Shown: positions 1 to 10,843, numbered from the stretch's first letter. The stretch is DNA of 64,000 nucleotides from Pseudomonadota bacterium (GCA_023423415.1 JAFAFP010000158.1:3814-67813); one strand, 5' to 3'. A program made the numbers and translations. The notes: generated from the sequence alone by a model not told the origin.

Positions 1-8
1 GCGCCCGG

Positions 9-1058
9 GTGATGGCGTCCGGCGCGGACCGTATCCTCGATGAAGCGGAATTGTTCGAAACGCTCGCCGAGGCGGTCGCCGATTGTCACTTCGTATTCGC
101 CTCCACCGCGCGTACGCACGATCAGGCCAAGCCGGTGGTCGGTGCCGAGGAGGCCGCACGCACCGCTGCGCCGCGGATCGCGGAAGGGCAGACGGTGGCA
201 TTGGTGTTTGGACGCGAACGCAATGGCTTGGAGAATGATGAAGTCGGACTGGCCGATGCGATCCTGACGCTGCCCGTAAATCCCGCCTTTGCCTCGCTCA
301 ACCTTGGGCAGGCGGTGGTGATCGTCGGATACGAGTGGTTCAAGCTGCAAAGCGAAGGGGCGCTGCCATTCGCATCATCGGAGAAATCGCCGCCGGCTCC
401 GAAGGAACAACTGTACGCCTTTTTCAGCGATCTCGAACGTGAGCTGGAGCGGATCGAATATTTCCGGCCGCACGAGAAGCGCGGCACCATGACGGTGAAC
501 ATGCGCAACATCTTTACGCGTATGCAACCGACACAGCAGGATATCCGGACGCTGCATGGCGTAGTGATGGCGCTGGTCGAAGGGCGCAAGGGCCCGGCGC
601 GTGGTGGTCTGCTGGATGGGCCGGAAGCGGACATGCTGCGCAATCTGCTTGCTCAGCATGGCAAGGCCGAGATTGCGCGGGCCGATTCACCGGTGCGCGG
701 TCTTGCGCGTTTGCTCCGGCGCAATCCGACCGATGCGGAGCGCGCGCTGTGGAGCGCCATGACGGGCGACCGGCGCTTCGCGTCACTCGGCTTTAAGCGC
801 CAAACGCCGATCGGTCCGCATATCGCTGATTTCGTCTCGTTTCCGCTGCGCCTTGTAATCGATGTCGTGCCCGACAGCGAGGACATGCCGGGTGCTGAAG
901 CCCGGAAGCAAAAGCTCGCCTGGATGCGGGAGCGCGACTATTGCATTGTCGACGTGCGCGCAGATGATATCGCGCACGATACGGCGGCCGTATTGGAAAC
1001 CATTCTGTCGGTCATTCCGGACGAGCGAAGCGAAACCCGGAACGACACGCCTGCCTAG
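9..1058 (+). CDS. trmJ: TrmJ/TrmH-family (SPOUT) RNA methyltransferase with C-terminal degenerate DUF559-like domain; 5' end lies outside the window
   Basis: SPOUT motifs VFGRERNGL and SLNLGQAV; C-terminal ARLLRRNPTDAERALW...FKRQTPIGPHIADF resembles DUF559. Confidence 0.8.
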   Translation: MMASGADRILDEAELFETLAEAVADCHFVFASTARTHDQAKPVVGAEEAARTAAPRIAEGQTVALVFGRERNGLENDEVGLADAILTLPVNPAFASLNLGQAVVIVGYEWFKLQSEGALPFASSEKSPPAPKEQLYAFFSDLERELERIEYFRPHEKRGTMTVNMRNIFTRMQPTQQDIRTLHGVVMALVEGRKGPARGGLLDGPEADMLRNLLAQHGKAEIARADSPVRGLARLLRRNPTDAERALWSAMTGDRRFASLGFKRQTPIGPHIADFVSFPLRLVIDVVPDSEDMPGAEARKQKLAWMRERDYCIVDVRADDIAHDTAAVLETILSVIPDERSETRNDTPA

Positions 1059-1891
1059 GTCAAGCCCTTCAACTGCGCCGCAGTCCCTGCGCGCAGGAAG
1101 GCGAGATCGCTGCCTACCGTGAGAAACTTGAACCCGGCCTTCGCTTTTGCGGTCGCGCGTGCAGCGTCGATGCAGTACAGGCCCGGAATTTTTCCGGCAT
1201 TCTTACAAGCGGCGAGGACGATCTCGAGGCCTTTTTCGACCTCATCCGAATGCGCATCCAGCACCGCACCATTGGTGAGGCTGTAAGACAGATCGGATGG
1301 GCCGATGAACAGCCCGTCGATGCCGGGCGTGTTCACGATCGCATCGACGTTGTCGAGAGCGACGCGCGATTCGATCATCGCGAAAGCCAGCGTTTCCTGA
1401 TTGGCGATGGCGAGATAGGGCCGCTGGTCCGGGAAACCGGCCAACGCCGCCGCACGGTGAGCACCAAGGCTGCGCTCGCCGATCGGCGGATATTTGGCCG
1501 TTGCGGCGAAGGCGCGGGCATCGTCTGCCGAATTGATCATCGGCGCGATCACGCCTTCGGCGCCGAAGTCGAGCGCGCGGCTGATCATCGAATATTGCCC
1601 GAGCGGCACCCGCACCAGCGGCGCGGAACCCGCCAGGTGAATGGCGCCAATCGCCTGCATGGTCGAGGCGGTGTCCCAAAGCCCATGCTGCTGATCGAGA
1701 GCGACAGCGGTGAAGCCTTCACGCGCGATGGTTTCGACGACATTGGGATAGGGCAGGCCGCACCAGGCCGAATAGACAACGTCACCCGCGCGAAGTCGGC
1801 GGGCGAGTGAAAAAGACGATGTGGCTGTCACGATCGGCGTTTCCTGCGCTGCGCTCTTAGCGGCGCTCTTCTGGACGGAGCGGTTCGCCAC
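1055..1891 (-). CDS. HpcH/HpaI aldolase family protein (start uncertain)
   Basis: LDQQHG, RALDFGAEGVIAPMI, AMIES, LFIGPSDLS motifs. Confidence 0.85.
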   Translation of the reverse strand: MANRSVQKSAAKSAAQETPIVTATSSFSLARRLRAGDVVYSAWCGLPYPNVVETIAREGFTAVALDQQHGLWDTASTMQAIGAIHLAGSAPLVRVPLGQYSMISRALDFGAEGVIAPMINSADDARAFAATAKYPPIGERSLGAHRAAALAGFPDQRPYLAIANQETLAFAMIESRVALDNVDAIVNTPGIDGLFIGPSDLSYSLTNGAVLDAHSDEVEKGLEIVLAACKNAGKIPGLYCIDAARATAKAKAGFKFLTVGSDLAFLRAGTAAQLKGLT

Positions 1892-1921
1892 GCAATGCGA
1901 CGAACCGCGCGAGGACGGATT

Positions 1922-2239
1922 TCAGACGCCGGTCTGGATCTGCTTCACGGCTTCCGTGAGCAGTTCGGCCATTTTTGCGCTGACTTCCTGTTCCGACACG
2001 CCCTTCGGGGCGAGGTCATTTGTGACCTTGCGCAGCACGTCGCCGTCGCCTGCTTCCTCAAAATCGGCTGCGACGACTTCCTTAGCATAGGAATCGGCGT
2101 CGCCGCCGCTCTTGCCAAGCAAGCCGGCTGCCCACAGACCGAGCAGTTTGTTCCGACGCGCCATGGCCTTGAACTTCAGCTCTTCATCGAGCGCAAATTT
2201 CTTTTCGAAGCCTTCTTCGCGCTTGTCGAACGTGGTCAT
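1922..2239 (-). CDS. DUF1476 protein / F1Fo-ATP synthase zeta inhibitor subunit
   Basis: MTTFDKREEGFEKKFALDEELKFKAMARRNKLLGLWAA is the characteristic N-terminus; start placed at ATG 2239. Confidence 0.85.
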   Translation of the reverse strand: MTTFDKREEGFEKKFALDEELKFKAMARRNKLLGLWAAGLLGKSGGDADSYAKEVVAADFEEAGDGDVLRKVTNDLAPKGVSEQEVSAKMAELLTEAVKQIQTGV

Positions 2240-2530
2240 GGATACCCTCGATGACGTGTAGGTGACACATTTTGCTGTAATTTGGGCGCCTTGCATAACG
2301 GTGCCAAGGGGGCAAGGCAACCATTGGAGAATGGGTGCGACATCCTATATGCGGTGGATGACGGCTTGTGGCCTGCATTGTATCTGCTCCCCCGATCGGG
2401 TAGGTTGTTCCGAGCGGGCTGGACGACCGCGTACCGTCCCCTTGTCGCGCCAGCCGCTTAAGCCGCGGTCTAAGAACATCAACAGGAACCCCGGCATTTC
2501 ATGGACTTCCACAAACCACGGTATATTCCG

Positions 2531-3298
2531 ATGAGCCGCCGTCGCCGCATCTATGAAGGCAAAGCCAAAGTTCTTTACGAAGGCCCTGAGCCCGGTACGC
2601 TGATCCAGCATTTCAAGGACGACGCCACCGCCTTCAATGCGAAGAAGCACGAGGTGATCGAGGGCAAAGGCGTTCTGAACAACCGGATCTCGGAATATGT
2701 TTTCCAGAATCTGAACGATATCGGGGTGCCGACTCACTTCATCCGCCGGCTCAACATGCGCGAGCAGTTGATTCGCGAGGTTGAGATCATTCCGCTCGAG
2801 ATCGTGGTGCGGAACGTCGCGGCCGGCTCCCTGTCGCAGCGCCTCGGCATCGAGGAAGGCACGCAACTGCCGCGCTCGATCATCGAATTTTATTACAAGA
2901 ACGATCAACTCGGCGATCCGATGGTCTCGGAAGAGCACATCACGGCCTTCGGCTGGGCCAATCCGCAGGAAATCGATGACATGATGGCGCTGGCCATCCG
3001 TGTGAATGATTTCCTGTCCGGTCTGTTCCTCGGCGTCGGCATCCGTCTGGTCGATTTCAAGATGGAATGCGGCCGGCTGTGGGAAAATGACATGATGCGG
3101 ATTGTCGTGGCCGATGAGATTTCGCCCGACTCCTGCCGGTTGTGGGACATCAAGTCAGCTGAGAAGCTCGACAAGGACCGTTTCCGTCGCGATCTCGGTG
3201 GCTTGCTGGAAGCCTATACCGAGGTGGCCAAGCGTCTCGGCATCATGAACGAGGGCGAGCCGCCGCGCGGTACCGGCCCGGTTCTTGTGAAGGGCTGA
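2531..3298 (+). CDS. purC: SAICAR synthetase
   Basis: [43 protein letters not shown]; pur gene context. Confidence 0.97.
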   Translation: MSRRRRIYEGKAKVLYEGPEPGTLIQHFKDDATAFNAKKHEVIEGKGVLNNRISEYVFQNLNDIGVPTHFIRRLNMREQLIREVEIIPLEIVVRNVAAGSLSQRLGIEEGTQLPRSIIEFYYKNDQLGDPMVSEEHITAFGWANPQEIDDMMALAIRVNDFLSGLFLGVGIRLVDFKMECGRLWENDMMRIVVADEISPDSCRLWDIKSAEKLDKDRFRRDLGGLLEAYTEVAKRLGIMNEGEPPRGTGPVLVKG

Positions 3299-3344
3299 CG
3301 CTGGCGGGGCTGAGCAAAAACTTGGCTCGCTATGGATCTGAGTG

Positions 3345-3371
3345 AAAAGGGAGCCTTTGGGCTCCCTTTTT
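3345..3371. terminator. Intrinsic terminator after purC
   Basis: aaaagggagcc-tttg-ggctcccttttt hairpin with T tract. Confidence 0.8.
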
Positions 3372-3510
3372 CCGTTTCGCCGACTGACCTCTAAAGGAGG
3401 AAGGAAGGCGCATTGAGACCCCATCCGAAGGGTGCTAGGTCGAGGCCCAAACACCCCATCGAATCTCCGTTCCGCCTCGACGGGACGGTTCCAGCAAAGG
3501 CCATCCGCTC

Positions 3511-3750
3511 ATGAAGGCGCGCGTCACCGTCACCCTGAAATCCGGCGTTCTCGACCCGCAGGGCAAGGCGATCGAGGGCGCGCTGAAATCGCTCGGCGTG
3601 TCGGGGATCGGCAGCGTCCGTCAGGGCAAGGTGTTCGACATCGAACTCGATGGCGCCGACAAGGCCGCGGCGGAGGCGACGCTGAAAGCCGCCGCCGAGA
3701 AGCTGCTGGCGAATACGGTGATCGAGAATTACCGCATCGAGGTTCTGTGA
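3511..3750 (+). CDS. purS: FGAM synthase subunit PurS
   Basis: VLDPQGKAI...VRQGK...[10 protein letters not shown]. Confidence 0.97.
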   Translation: MKARVTVTLKSGVLDPQGKAIEGALKSLGVSGIGSVRQGKVFDIELDGADKAAAEATLKAAAEKLLANTVIENYRIEVL

Positions 3751-3766
3751 GCTCGGGAGCGTCGCA

Positions 3767-4468
3767 ATGAAATCCGCGGTCCTCGTTTTCCCCGGCATCA
3801 ATCGCGAGCGCGATATGGCGCGCACGCTGAAACTCGTCTCCGGCGTCGAACCGGCGATGGTGTGGCATGCCGAGACCGAACTGCCGGCCGGCACCGATCT
3901 GGTCGTGGTCCCCGGCGGATTTTCCTACGGCGACTATCTGCGCTGCGGCGCCATTGCGGCCCGTGCACCGATCATGGATGCGGTGCGTGCGCATGCGGCC
4001 AAGGGCGGCCTCGTGCTCGGAGTGTGCAACGGCTTGCAGATCCTCTGCGAGTCGGGGCTGCTGCCCGGCGTGCTGATGCGCAATTCGAAGTTGAAATTCA
4101 TCTGCCATGACGTGCATCTGCGCGTCGAGCGCTCCGATACGCCGTTTACCCGCGGCTATAATGCCGGGCAGGTGATCCGCGTGCCGGTGGCGCATGGCGA
4201 GGGCAATTACGTCGCCGACGACGACACTATCAAGGCGATCGAGAGCGAAGGCCGCGTGATCTTCCGTTACTGCGCGGCCGACGGCACGCTCGGCGATCCA
4301 TCCAACGTCAACGGCGCGATCAATGCGATCGCCGGCATCGTCAACGAAGGCGGCAATGTCGCCGGCATGATGCCGCATCCGGAAAACCATGTCGAAAGCA
4401 TCATCGGTAATACCGACGGGCGCGGGCTGTTTGCCGGTCTTGTCGCGCAATTTGGCAAGGCAGCCTGA
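3767..4468 (+). CDS. purQ: FGAM synthase glutaminase subunit PurQ
   Basis: [32 protein letters not shown]. Confidence 0.97.
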   Translation: MKSAVLVFPGINRERDMARTLKLVSGVEPAMVWHAETELPAGTDLVVVPGGFSYGDYLRCGAIAARAPIMDAVRAHAAKGGLVLGVCNGLQILCESGLLPGVLMRNSKLKFICHDVHLRVERSDTPFTRGYNAGQVIRVPVAHGEGNYVADDDTIKAIESEGRVIFRYCAADGTLGDPSNVNGAINAIAGIVNEGGNVAGMMPHPENHVESIIGNTDGRGLFAGLVAQFGKAA

Positions 4469-4470
4469 CA

Positions 4471-6711
4471 ATGTCCGTTGCTGAGAGTGGCAAGACCTTG
4501 CGTAACGAACCGAAGATCACCCCCGAACTCGTCGCCGAACACGGGCTCAAGCCTGATGAATATCAGCGCATCCTTGATCTGATCGGCCGCGAGCCGACGC
4601 TGACCGAACTCGGCATCTTCTCGGCGATGTGGAACGAGCATTGTTCCTACAAGTCGTCGAAGGTGCATCTGCGCGGCCTGCCGACCGAGGCGCCATGGGT
4701 GATCCAGGGGCCGGGCGAAAATGCCGGCGTGATCGACATCGGCGATGGATTGGCGGTGGTCTTCAAAATGGAGAGCCACAACCACCCGAGCTATATCGAG
4801 CCATATCAGGGCGCGACCACGGGCGTCGGCGGCATCCTGCGCGACGTCTTCACCATGGGCGCGCGGCCGATCGCCTGCCTGAACGCAATTTCGTTCGGCG
4901 ATCCGAAACATCCGAAGACCCGGCATCTGGTGTCCGGCGTGGTCGCCGGCATCGGCGGTTACGGCAATTCCTTCGGCGTGCCGACGGTGGGCGGGCAGAC
5001 CCGCTTCCACACCCGCTATGACGGCAACAACCTCGTCAACGCGATGGCCGTCGGCCTCGCGCGCACCAACGGCATTTTCTATGCCGCGGCGTCCGGCGTC
5101 GGCATGCCGATCGTCTATCTCGGTTCCAAGACCGGCCGCGACGGCATCCACGGCGCGTCGATGGCGTCGGCCGAGTTCGGGGAAGATTCGGAGGAGAAGC
5201 GTCCGACCGTGCAGGTCGGCGATCCTTTCGCCGAGAAGCTGCTGCTCGAAGCTTGCCTCGAGATCATGGAAAAGGACTGCGTGATCGCGATCCAGGACAT
5301 GGGCGCCGCTGGCCTCACATGTTCGGCTGTCGAGATGGGCGCCAAGGGCGACCTCGGCGTCACGCTCGATCTCGAAAAGGTGCCGACCCGCGAAGCCGGC
5401 ATGAGCGGCTATGAGATGATGCTCTCGGAAAGCCAGGAGCGCATGCTCATGGTGCTCAAGCCCGAGAAGGAAAAGGAAGCCGAAGACATCTTCCGCAAGT
5501 GGGGGCTGGACTTCGCCATCGTCGGAGAGACCACGCCGACCAAGCGCTTCCTCATTCGCCATCATGGCGACGTGCTGGCCGATTTGCCGATCAAGGAACT
5601 CGGCGACGAGGCGCCGGTCTACAATCGTCCGTTCGTCGAGACGCCGAAGCAGCCGGTGATCGATGCGAAGGATGTGAAGCATCCGATGTCGGTTGCCGAT
5701 GCGCTGCTGAAACTGATCGGCACACCGGACCTGTGCTCCAAGCGCTGGGTGTGGGAGCAGTACGACCACATCATCGGCGGCAACACCGTGCAGCGGCCGG
5801 GTGGCGATGCTGCGGTGGTGCGGGTGGAAGAGGGGCCGAAGGGCCTTGCCATGACCACCGACGTGACGCCGCGCTATTGCGAGGCCGATCCGTTCGAAGG
5901 CGGCAAGCAGGCGGTGGCGGAAGCCTATCGCAATCTTTCCGCTGTCGGCGCATTGCCGCTGGCGATCACCGACAATCTGAATTTCGGCAATCCGGAACGG
6001 CCCGAGATCATGGGCCAGTTCGTCGGCTGCGTGCGCGGTATTGCCGCTGCCTGCAAGACGCTCGACTTCCCGGTCGTGTCCGGCAACGTCTCGCTCTACA
6101 ACGAGACCAACGGCCGCGCGATCCTGCCGACACCGACCATCGGCGGCGTCGGCGTGCTCGACGACTTCACCAAGTCGGCGAGCATTGCGTTCAAGAATGA
6201 CGGCGACGCCATTCTGCTGATCGGCGAAAATCCGTCATGGCTCGGTCAGTCGGTGTATCTGCGCGACATCTGCGGCCGCGAAGAGGGCGCGCCGCCGCCG
6301 GTCGATCTCGAGCTTGAGAAGCGCCACGGCGAATTCGTGCGCAAGCTGATCGCCGACGGCAAGGTCACGGCGGTCCACGACATCGCCGATGGCGGTCTTG
6401 CGGTGGCAATTGCCGAGATGGCGATCGCTGGCGCGCGCGGCGCGAAGCTCGATGCGGCGCCCGCAAACGCTGACGCGCATGGCTACTGGTTCGGCGAAGA
6501 TCAGGCGCGTTACATCGTGACGGCGAAGCTCGATCAGGCCAAAGCGGTGGTCGAAGCCGCGCAAGTGGCCGGCATCGCGCTTGCGCGGATCGGCACGGTC
6601 GGTGGTGATGCGGTCGCTATGGCCGGTGAGACGCCGCTCGCCGTATCCGGCCTGTCGCAGCGCTTCGAAGCGTGGCTGCCCGCCTACATGGCGGACACGA
6701 TCGAGCATTGA
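4471..6711 (+). CDS. purL: FGAM synthase subunit PurL
   Basis: [41 protein letters not shown]. Confidence 0.97.
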   Translation: MSVAESGKTLRNEPKITPELVAEHGLKPDEYQRILDLIGREPTLTELGIFSAMWNEHCSYKSSKVHLRGLPTEAPWVIQGPGENAGVIDIGDGLAVVFKMESHNHPSYIEPYQGATTGVGGILRDVFTMGARPIACLNAISFGDPKHPKTRHLVSGVVAGIGGYGNSFGVPTVGGQTRFHTRYDGNNLVNAMAVGLARTNGIFYAAASGVGMPIVYLGSKTGRDGIHGASMASAEFGEDSEEKRPTVQVGDPFAEKLLLEACLEIMEKDCVIAIQDMGAAGLTCSAVEMGAKGDLGVTLDLEKVPTREAGMSGYEMMLSESQERMLMVLKPEKEKEAEDIFRKWGLDFAIVGETTPTKRFLIRHHGDVLADLPIKELGDEAPVYNRPFVETPKQPVIDAKDVKHPMSVADALLKLIGTPDLCSKRWVWEQYDHIIGGNTVQRPGGDAAVVRVEEGPKGLAMTTDVTPRYCEADPFEGGKQAVAEAYRNLSAVGALPLAITDNLNFGNPERPEIMGQFVGCVRGIAAACKTLDFPVVSGNVSLYNETNGRAILPTPTIGGVGVLDDFTKSASIAFKNDGDAILLIGENPSWLGQSVYLRDICGREEGAPPPVDLELEKRHGEFVRKLIADGKVTAVHDIADGGLAVAIAEMAIAGARGAKLDAAPANADAHGYWFGEDQARYIVTAKLDQAKAVVEAAQVAGIALARIGTVGGDAVAMAGETPLAVSGLSQRFEAWLPAYMADTIEH

Positions 6712-6728
6712 TCGCACCCGCCGGTGGT

Positions 6729-6765
6729 TTCCGGGTTCGCGCCTTTAGGCGCGTCCCGGAATGAC
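6729..6765. repeat. REP-like palindrome ending in GGAATGAC
   Basis: ttccggg-ttcgcgcc-ttta-ggcgcg-t-cccggaa-tgac between convergent genes; related to repeats at 32566 and 42289. Confidence 0.65.
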
Positions 6766-6769
6766 AAAC

Positions 6770-7462
6770 TCAGTTCGCCGCATTCGCCATCGCCGATTTG
6801 CAGCCAGGCGACAGCGCTGGCGCGTTGTCGGCTAGACACTTCAGCGCGCGACCGCCGCCGATCTGCGTGCCCTTGCACAGCACCCGATAATCGTTGGCGC
6901 AGAAGCGGCGGATCAGCATCGCTTCACCAAGTGTCGGACGCCTTGCTGTCTCGGGAGCGGTCGTCGGAGGTGAAACGGCCACTGGGGCTGCAGGAGCGGC
7001 CGCCGGAGGCGCGGACGGGCGGGCAGGGGCTGCGGCGGCTTTCGGGGCCGGCACGGGTTTCGCAGCCGGCTTTTTGGGCGCTGGAGCGGCGGGCGCTGTT
7101 GCGACTGGCGCCGGTTTCTCGGCGGGTGCCGTTGCGGCAGGAGCAGCGGCCGGCGGTGTTGGCGCCGCCTGAGGTTTGGCTTCGACCGGCGCCGTTGGTT
7201 TGGGAGCCGTTGCTGCGGACACCGCATCGACCGCGCCTTTGCAGCCGGCCGACAGCTTCGCCTTGTTCTGTTCCAGGCACATCAAGGCTTCGCGTCCGCC
7301 CGGCGTCACGCTCGAACAATTGCGCATGAAATCTGAGCGGCAATTGGCGCGAATGGCGTCTTGCTGGGCCTTGGTTGCCGACTGCGCATGAGCCGTTGCC
7401 GAGATCGCGATCAGTGCAGCGCCCGCGATCATGTGCGCAAACAGATTTCGTATTGTTGTCAT
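6770..7462 (-). CDS. Secreted protein with two cysteine-rich repeats (GLG1/Cys_rich_FGFR-like) joined by a Pro/Ala/Lys linker
   Basis: Signal peptide ...ATAHA-Q; two C-x7-C-x11-C-x11-C modules; SD-like GGGGGAG before ATG 7462. Confidence 0.75.
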   Translation of the reverse strand: MTTIRNLFAHMIAGAALIAISATAHAQSATKAQQDAIRANCRSDFMRNCSSVTPGGREALMCLEQNKAKLSAGCKGAVDAVSAATAPKPTAPVEAKPQAAPTPPAAAPAATAPAEKPAPVATAPAAPAPKKPAAKPVPAPKAAAAPARPSAPPAAAPAAPVAVSPPTTAPETARRPTLGEAMLIRRFCANDYRVLCKGTQIGGGRALKCLADNAPALSPGCKSAMANAAN

Positions 7463-7511
7463 TACTCCCCCTGGAATGATTGGCTGGTGCGATTGTGGTG
7501 TTGTTGGACAA

Positions 7512-8519
7512 TCACTTGAGCCGCGCAACGGCCTCATCGATCAGGCTGATGTCGGAATGCTTTTTGACGTCAGTGTCGTTCTTTACGAAGCCGAGTTCCT
7601 TGATGAGCGCGACATTCTTCTGCAGCGCATCGAGATTGGGACGCATGTCGGGATCGCGATAATAGTCGCGCTTGGTAAAGGCCCAGTCGAAACGCTCCGG
7701 CGGTTGTTTTGTCAGCCGGCCCGCAATTGCTGCGACTTCTTTGTGGTTCGCGGGATCGGAAAACCAGCGCACGATCCGCAGCGTATCTTCCATGAAATCG
7801 ACCATCGCCGCCCGGTTCTTGTCGATAAAGGATTGCCGCGCGCACCACATCAAAAGCTGCGTGACGCCGCCGATGTCGCGATTGACGAAGAGCGGGCGCG
7901 CAATGCTCCGCAATTGCGGATCGAACGCGAATGGCGGCACCACGGGAATGAGATCGACCTTCTTTTCTGCGAGCATCGCGCGCATCGTCGGCAATGGCGC
8001 TTCCAGCATCACATAGTCGCGCTTGTCTTCGAGACCGTGTTTTCGCAGCATCGCCCGCATGGCGACATCAACGGCCGCGCCGGCAGCGACAGTACCGACG
8101 ACCTTGCCCTTCAGATCCTCAATTTTTTTGATCGGACCATCGGTCGCGACCATGTATTCCTGTGAATAATAACCGGGTACGCCGTCCTGCAATTCGTCTG
8201 CGATGACGCGCAAATCGCTCAAGCCGGCATTCTGGATCGCGATCGGCAACGTCGAATAGGCGAGGCTGGCAATCTCAAGCTCGTTGTTGGCGAGCGCCGT
8301 GATCATCTGCGGCGTGCCGACATAGCGCGTCGGTTCGAGTACGTAGGATTTGCCGAGATGCTGCGCGAGTTCCTTTTTCTCCATCAGGAGCGAACCCCAG
8401 TTGGAGACAGGGGCGATCCACGCCACCCGGATCTTCACCGGCTGTTGTGCGAGCGCGGGCCCGGTCCAGAGCGACAACACCGCGGCCACAGCCGCCGGAA
8501 GCAGCATCGAAACCCGCAT
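7512..8519 (-). CDS. ABC transporter substrate-binding protein, NitT/TauT/SsuA-like
   Basis: Signal peptide, IKKIEDLKGKVVG motif, typical length. Confidence 0.85.
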   Translation of the reverse strand: MRVSMLLPAAVAAVLSLWTGPALAQQPVKIRVAWIAPVSNWGSLLMEKKELAQHLGKSYVLEPTRYVGTPQMITALANNELEIASLAYSTLPIAIQNAGLSDLRVIADELQDGVPGYYSQEYMVATDGPIKKIEDLKGKVVGTVAAGAAVDVAMRAMLRKHGLEDKRDYVMLEAPLPTMRAMLAEKKVDLIPVVPPFAFDPQLRSIARPLFVNRDIGGVTQLLMWCARQSFIDKNRAAMVDFMEDTLRIVRWFSDPANHKEVAAIAGRLTKQPPERFDWAFTKRDYYRDPDMRPNLDALQKNVALIKELGFVKNDTDVKKHSDISLIDEAVARLK

Positions 8520-8596
8520 GATTGGTCCCCCTAACCGGCGCCTTGCTCTCAGAAAACGCTATCTGGTGGCCTCAGGATTTTCATATCAACTCGCCG

Positions 8597-9301
8597 TTAG
8601 CGGCGGCGGGTAAGCGCCTTTTTGCATTCGTTGGTCAGTGACGATTGCTGCCCCGCGAGGCATGTCAGGACACGGCCCTGCCCGAACGGCACCCCTTGGC
8701 ACAGCAGCGAGTGGTCTTCCCGGCAATAGCGGCTGACAAACCGGGCTTCCTGGGTCGGTCGCATCTTGGTTGCCGGAGCCATCGTCAGCGGTTCCTCCAC
8801 GGCGGGAGCCGGAGCGACGCGGTCGGTCGATACCCGGCGAGGCTCGGCCGCAGTACCGGCAGGCTCTGTGGGCTTTGCCGTCATCGCAGCGTCCGGCTGC
8901 GCGGCCGGTGCACGGGCGCGGCTGAGTGCGGCCTGGCAAGCTGGGGAATGGACAGCGAAGTTGCGCTTCAGGCATTGCACCGAATCGGCGCTACCCGGGA
9001 CCACGCCGGCACAGGTGGCCTTGATTTCGGCCTGGCAGGCCGATCGCACTTCGCCGTATGGCACGTTGGCAGCCGGCGCGGCGGCCTTTTGTGCCGGCGG
9101 TTGAGTCCTCTGAGGAGCGGATTGGTGCTGACGTGGCGGTGCGGGTTGCGCCCGCTGCGGCGGTTGCACTTGCGGCGCCGGCTGTTGCGGCTTTGGGGGC
9201 TGGAAGAGGTCAAAAAACGATTGCGCCGACGCTGGGCTTGCAGCCAGCATCAAGGTGGCAACGCTAATCACGCGGCCCAGCGATCCTATGTTGAAAACCA
9301 C
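8597..9301 (-). CDS. Secreted cysteine-rich repeat protein, paralog of 6770..7462
   Basis: Signal peptide ...ASA-Q; modules CQAEIKATC...C...C and YCREDHSLLC...GRVLTCL...C. Confidence 0.75.
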   Translation of the reverse strand: MVFNIGSLGRVISVATLMLAASPASAQSFFDLFQPPKPQQPAPQVQPPQRAQPAPPRQHQSAPQRTQPPAQKAAAPAANVPYGEVRSACQAEIKATCAGVVPGSADSVQCLKRNFAVHSPACQAALSRARAPAAQPDAAMTAKPTEPAGTAAEPRRVSTDRVAPAPAVEEPLTMAPATKMRPTQEARFVSRYCREDHSLLCQGVPFGQGRVLTCLAGQQSSLTNECKKALTRRR

Positions 9302-9497
9302 GCTTCCTTGCCCCTGTCATTTCAAAGATTGTGGAAGCATAGTCGTTTGGCCCCCCGCCGTCAGCAGTTTGCGGTGGATGCATTTGTCAGGTGCTGGAAA
9401 TCACCATATTTCTGATTCAAAGCCAGCCAGCGATTTGGCTCAGGTTCGGGTGCTGCTTTCAAGTCCCGGGCCGAGACCGTGATTTGAGGAGTTCGCC

Positions 9498-9734
9498 ATG
9501 CCGATGGACGCCGCCGAAATTGAGCGGCTGATCAAGACCAACATCCCGGACGCGCAGGTCTCGATCCGCGACCTCGCCGGGGATGGTGACCATTACGCAG
9601 CGACGGTGCTGTCGGAGAGCTTCCGCGGCAAGTCGCGGGTGCAGCAACACCAGCTCGTGTACAAGGCCCTGCAAGGTCAGATGGGCGGAGCGCTGCATGC
9701 GCTTGCGCTGCAAACCGGTGTGCCCGAGGGCTGA
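9498..9734 (+). CDS. bolA: BolA family protein
   Basis: DLAGDGDHY, FRGKSRVQQHQLVY, LHALAL. Confidence 0.93.
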   Translation: MPMDAAEIERLIKTNIPDAQVSIRDLAGDGDHYAATVLSESFRGKSRVQQHQLVYKALQGQMGGALHALALQTGVPEG

Positions 9735-9825
9735 TATCCAACGCCATCTTCCGCCCTCGCATTGTGAGTGAACACGTCCGCCTTTAGCATTTGCAGGCTG
9801 GCGGTTCACACAAGCGAGGGGCGGA

Positions 9826-10293
9826 ATGACGAAATCATTATGGATTGCGTTGGCTCTGGTTTTGTTCTCGGCGCAAGTCAACGCACAGGTGTCGCCGAAC
9901 GGCGTCAAGACGTTGTCGCCGGAGGGCGCGATCAAGCCGACGGGGACCTGGAATCTCGGCACTCGCGCCGGCGACTTTGTTTTCATCGCCGGGATGCGCG
10001 GAATCGATCCGGCAACCAACAATCTGGTTGCGGGCGACGAAGCGCGGGTGAAGCAGGCCTTCGTCAACATGGAACTGATCGCCAAGAGCGAGGGCGCGAA
10101 CCTGCGCGATGCGGTTCGGCTCGTGGTCTATGTCACCGACATGTACCGGTTCCGTCCGATCGTGAACAAGGTTCAGGCCGAACTCTGGGGGCAGGGCCCG
10201 TACCCGCCGCGGACCATTGTCGAGGTGGACCGGCTCAACCAGGACGATATTGTCGAGGTCGAGGGCACTTTCTACGCGCCTGTGAAGAAGTGA
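9826..10293 (+). CDS. RidA/YjgF/UK114 family protein with predicted signal peptide
   Basis: GDFVFIAG, PPRT with conserved Arg, VEVE; N-terminal MTKSLWIALALVLFSAQVNA. Confidence 0.85.
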   Translation: MTKSLWIALALVLFSAQVNAQVSPNGVKTLSPEGAIKPTGTWNLGTRAGDFVFIAGMRGIDPATNNLVAGDEARVKQAFVNMELIAKSEGANLRDAVRLVVYVTDMYRFRPIVNKVQAELWGQGPYPPRTIVEVDRLNQDDIVEVEGTFYAPVKK

Positions 10294-10426
10294 TCGAATC
10301 CTTGAAAAGAAGTGATTGGCACAGCCAGGCGGCCGGGACGCCCGGCTGTTGCACTGCGGTCAGGGTGCCTATATTGCGGATAGACAGAGGCTGACGGCGG
10401 CCGGAAAGCAGCAGGATCGGAAACCA

Positions 10427-10765
10427 ATGAGCATCGAGCAATTCATCGATAATGAAGTGAAGGGCAACGACGTGGTGCTCTTCATGAAAGGCACACCGCA
10501 ATTCCCGCAATGCGGATTTTCCGGTCAGGTCGTTCAGATCCTCGATTACTTGCAAGTGCCCTACAAGGGCATCAACGTGCTGGAATCCGGTGACCTGCGC
10601 GACGGCATCAAGACCTATTCGCAATGGCCGACCATTCCTCAGCTCTACATCAAGGGCGAATTTGTTGGCGGCTGCGACATCGTCCGCGAGATGTTCCAGG
10701 CCGGCGAACTGCAGAGCCTGATGCAGGAAAAGGGCCTCGCCGTTCAGGGCAAGGCGCTCGCATAA
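10427..10765 (+). CDS. grxD: Monothiol glutaredoxin (Grx4 family)
   Basis: [19 protein letters not shown]. Confidence 0.95.
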   Translation: MSIEQFIDNEVKGNDVVLFMKGTPQFPQCGFSGQVVQILDYLQVPYKGINVLESGDLRDGIKTYSQWPTIPQLYIKGEFVGGCDIVREMFQAGELQSLMQEKGLAVQGKALA

Positions 10766-10786
10766 GCCTTCACCGTCATGGATAAG

Positions 10787-10818
10787 AAAAAGGGCCGCCC
10801 GAGAGAGCGGCCCTTTTT
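10787..10818. terminator. Bidirectional intrinsic terminator (grxD / SDR)
   Basis: aaaaagggccgc-ccgagaga-gcggcccttttt. Confidence 0.85.
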
Positions 10819-10843
10819 GTATCTGGCGGCTGTTGCACCAAGG

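Noticed and set aside
6940..7220. Repetitive GC-rich low-complexity DNA
   Set aside because: Explained by the Pro/Ala/Lys linker of the Cys-rich protein; not a tandem repeat array.
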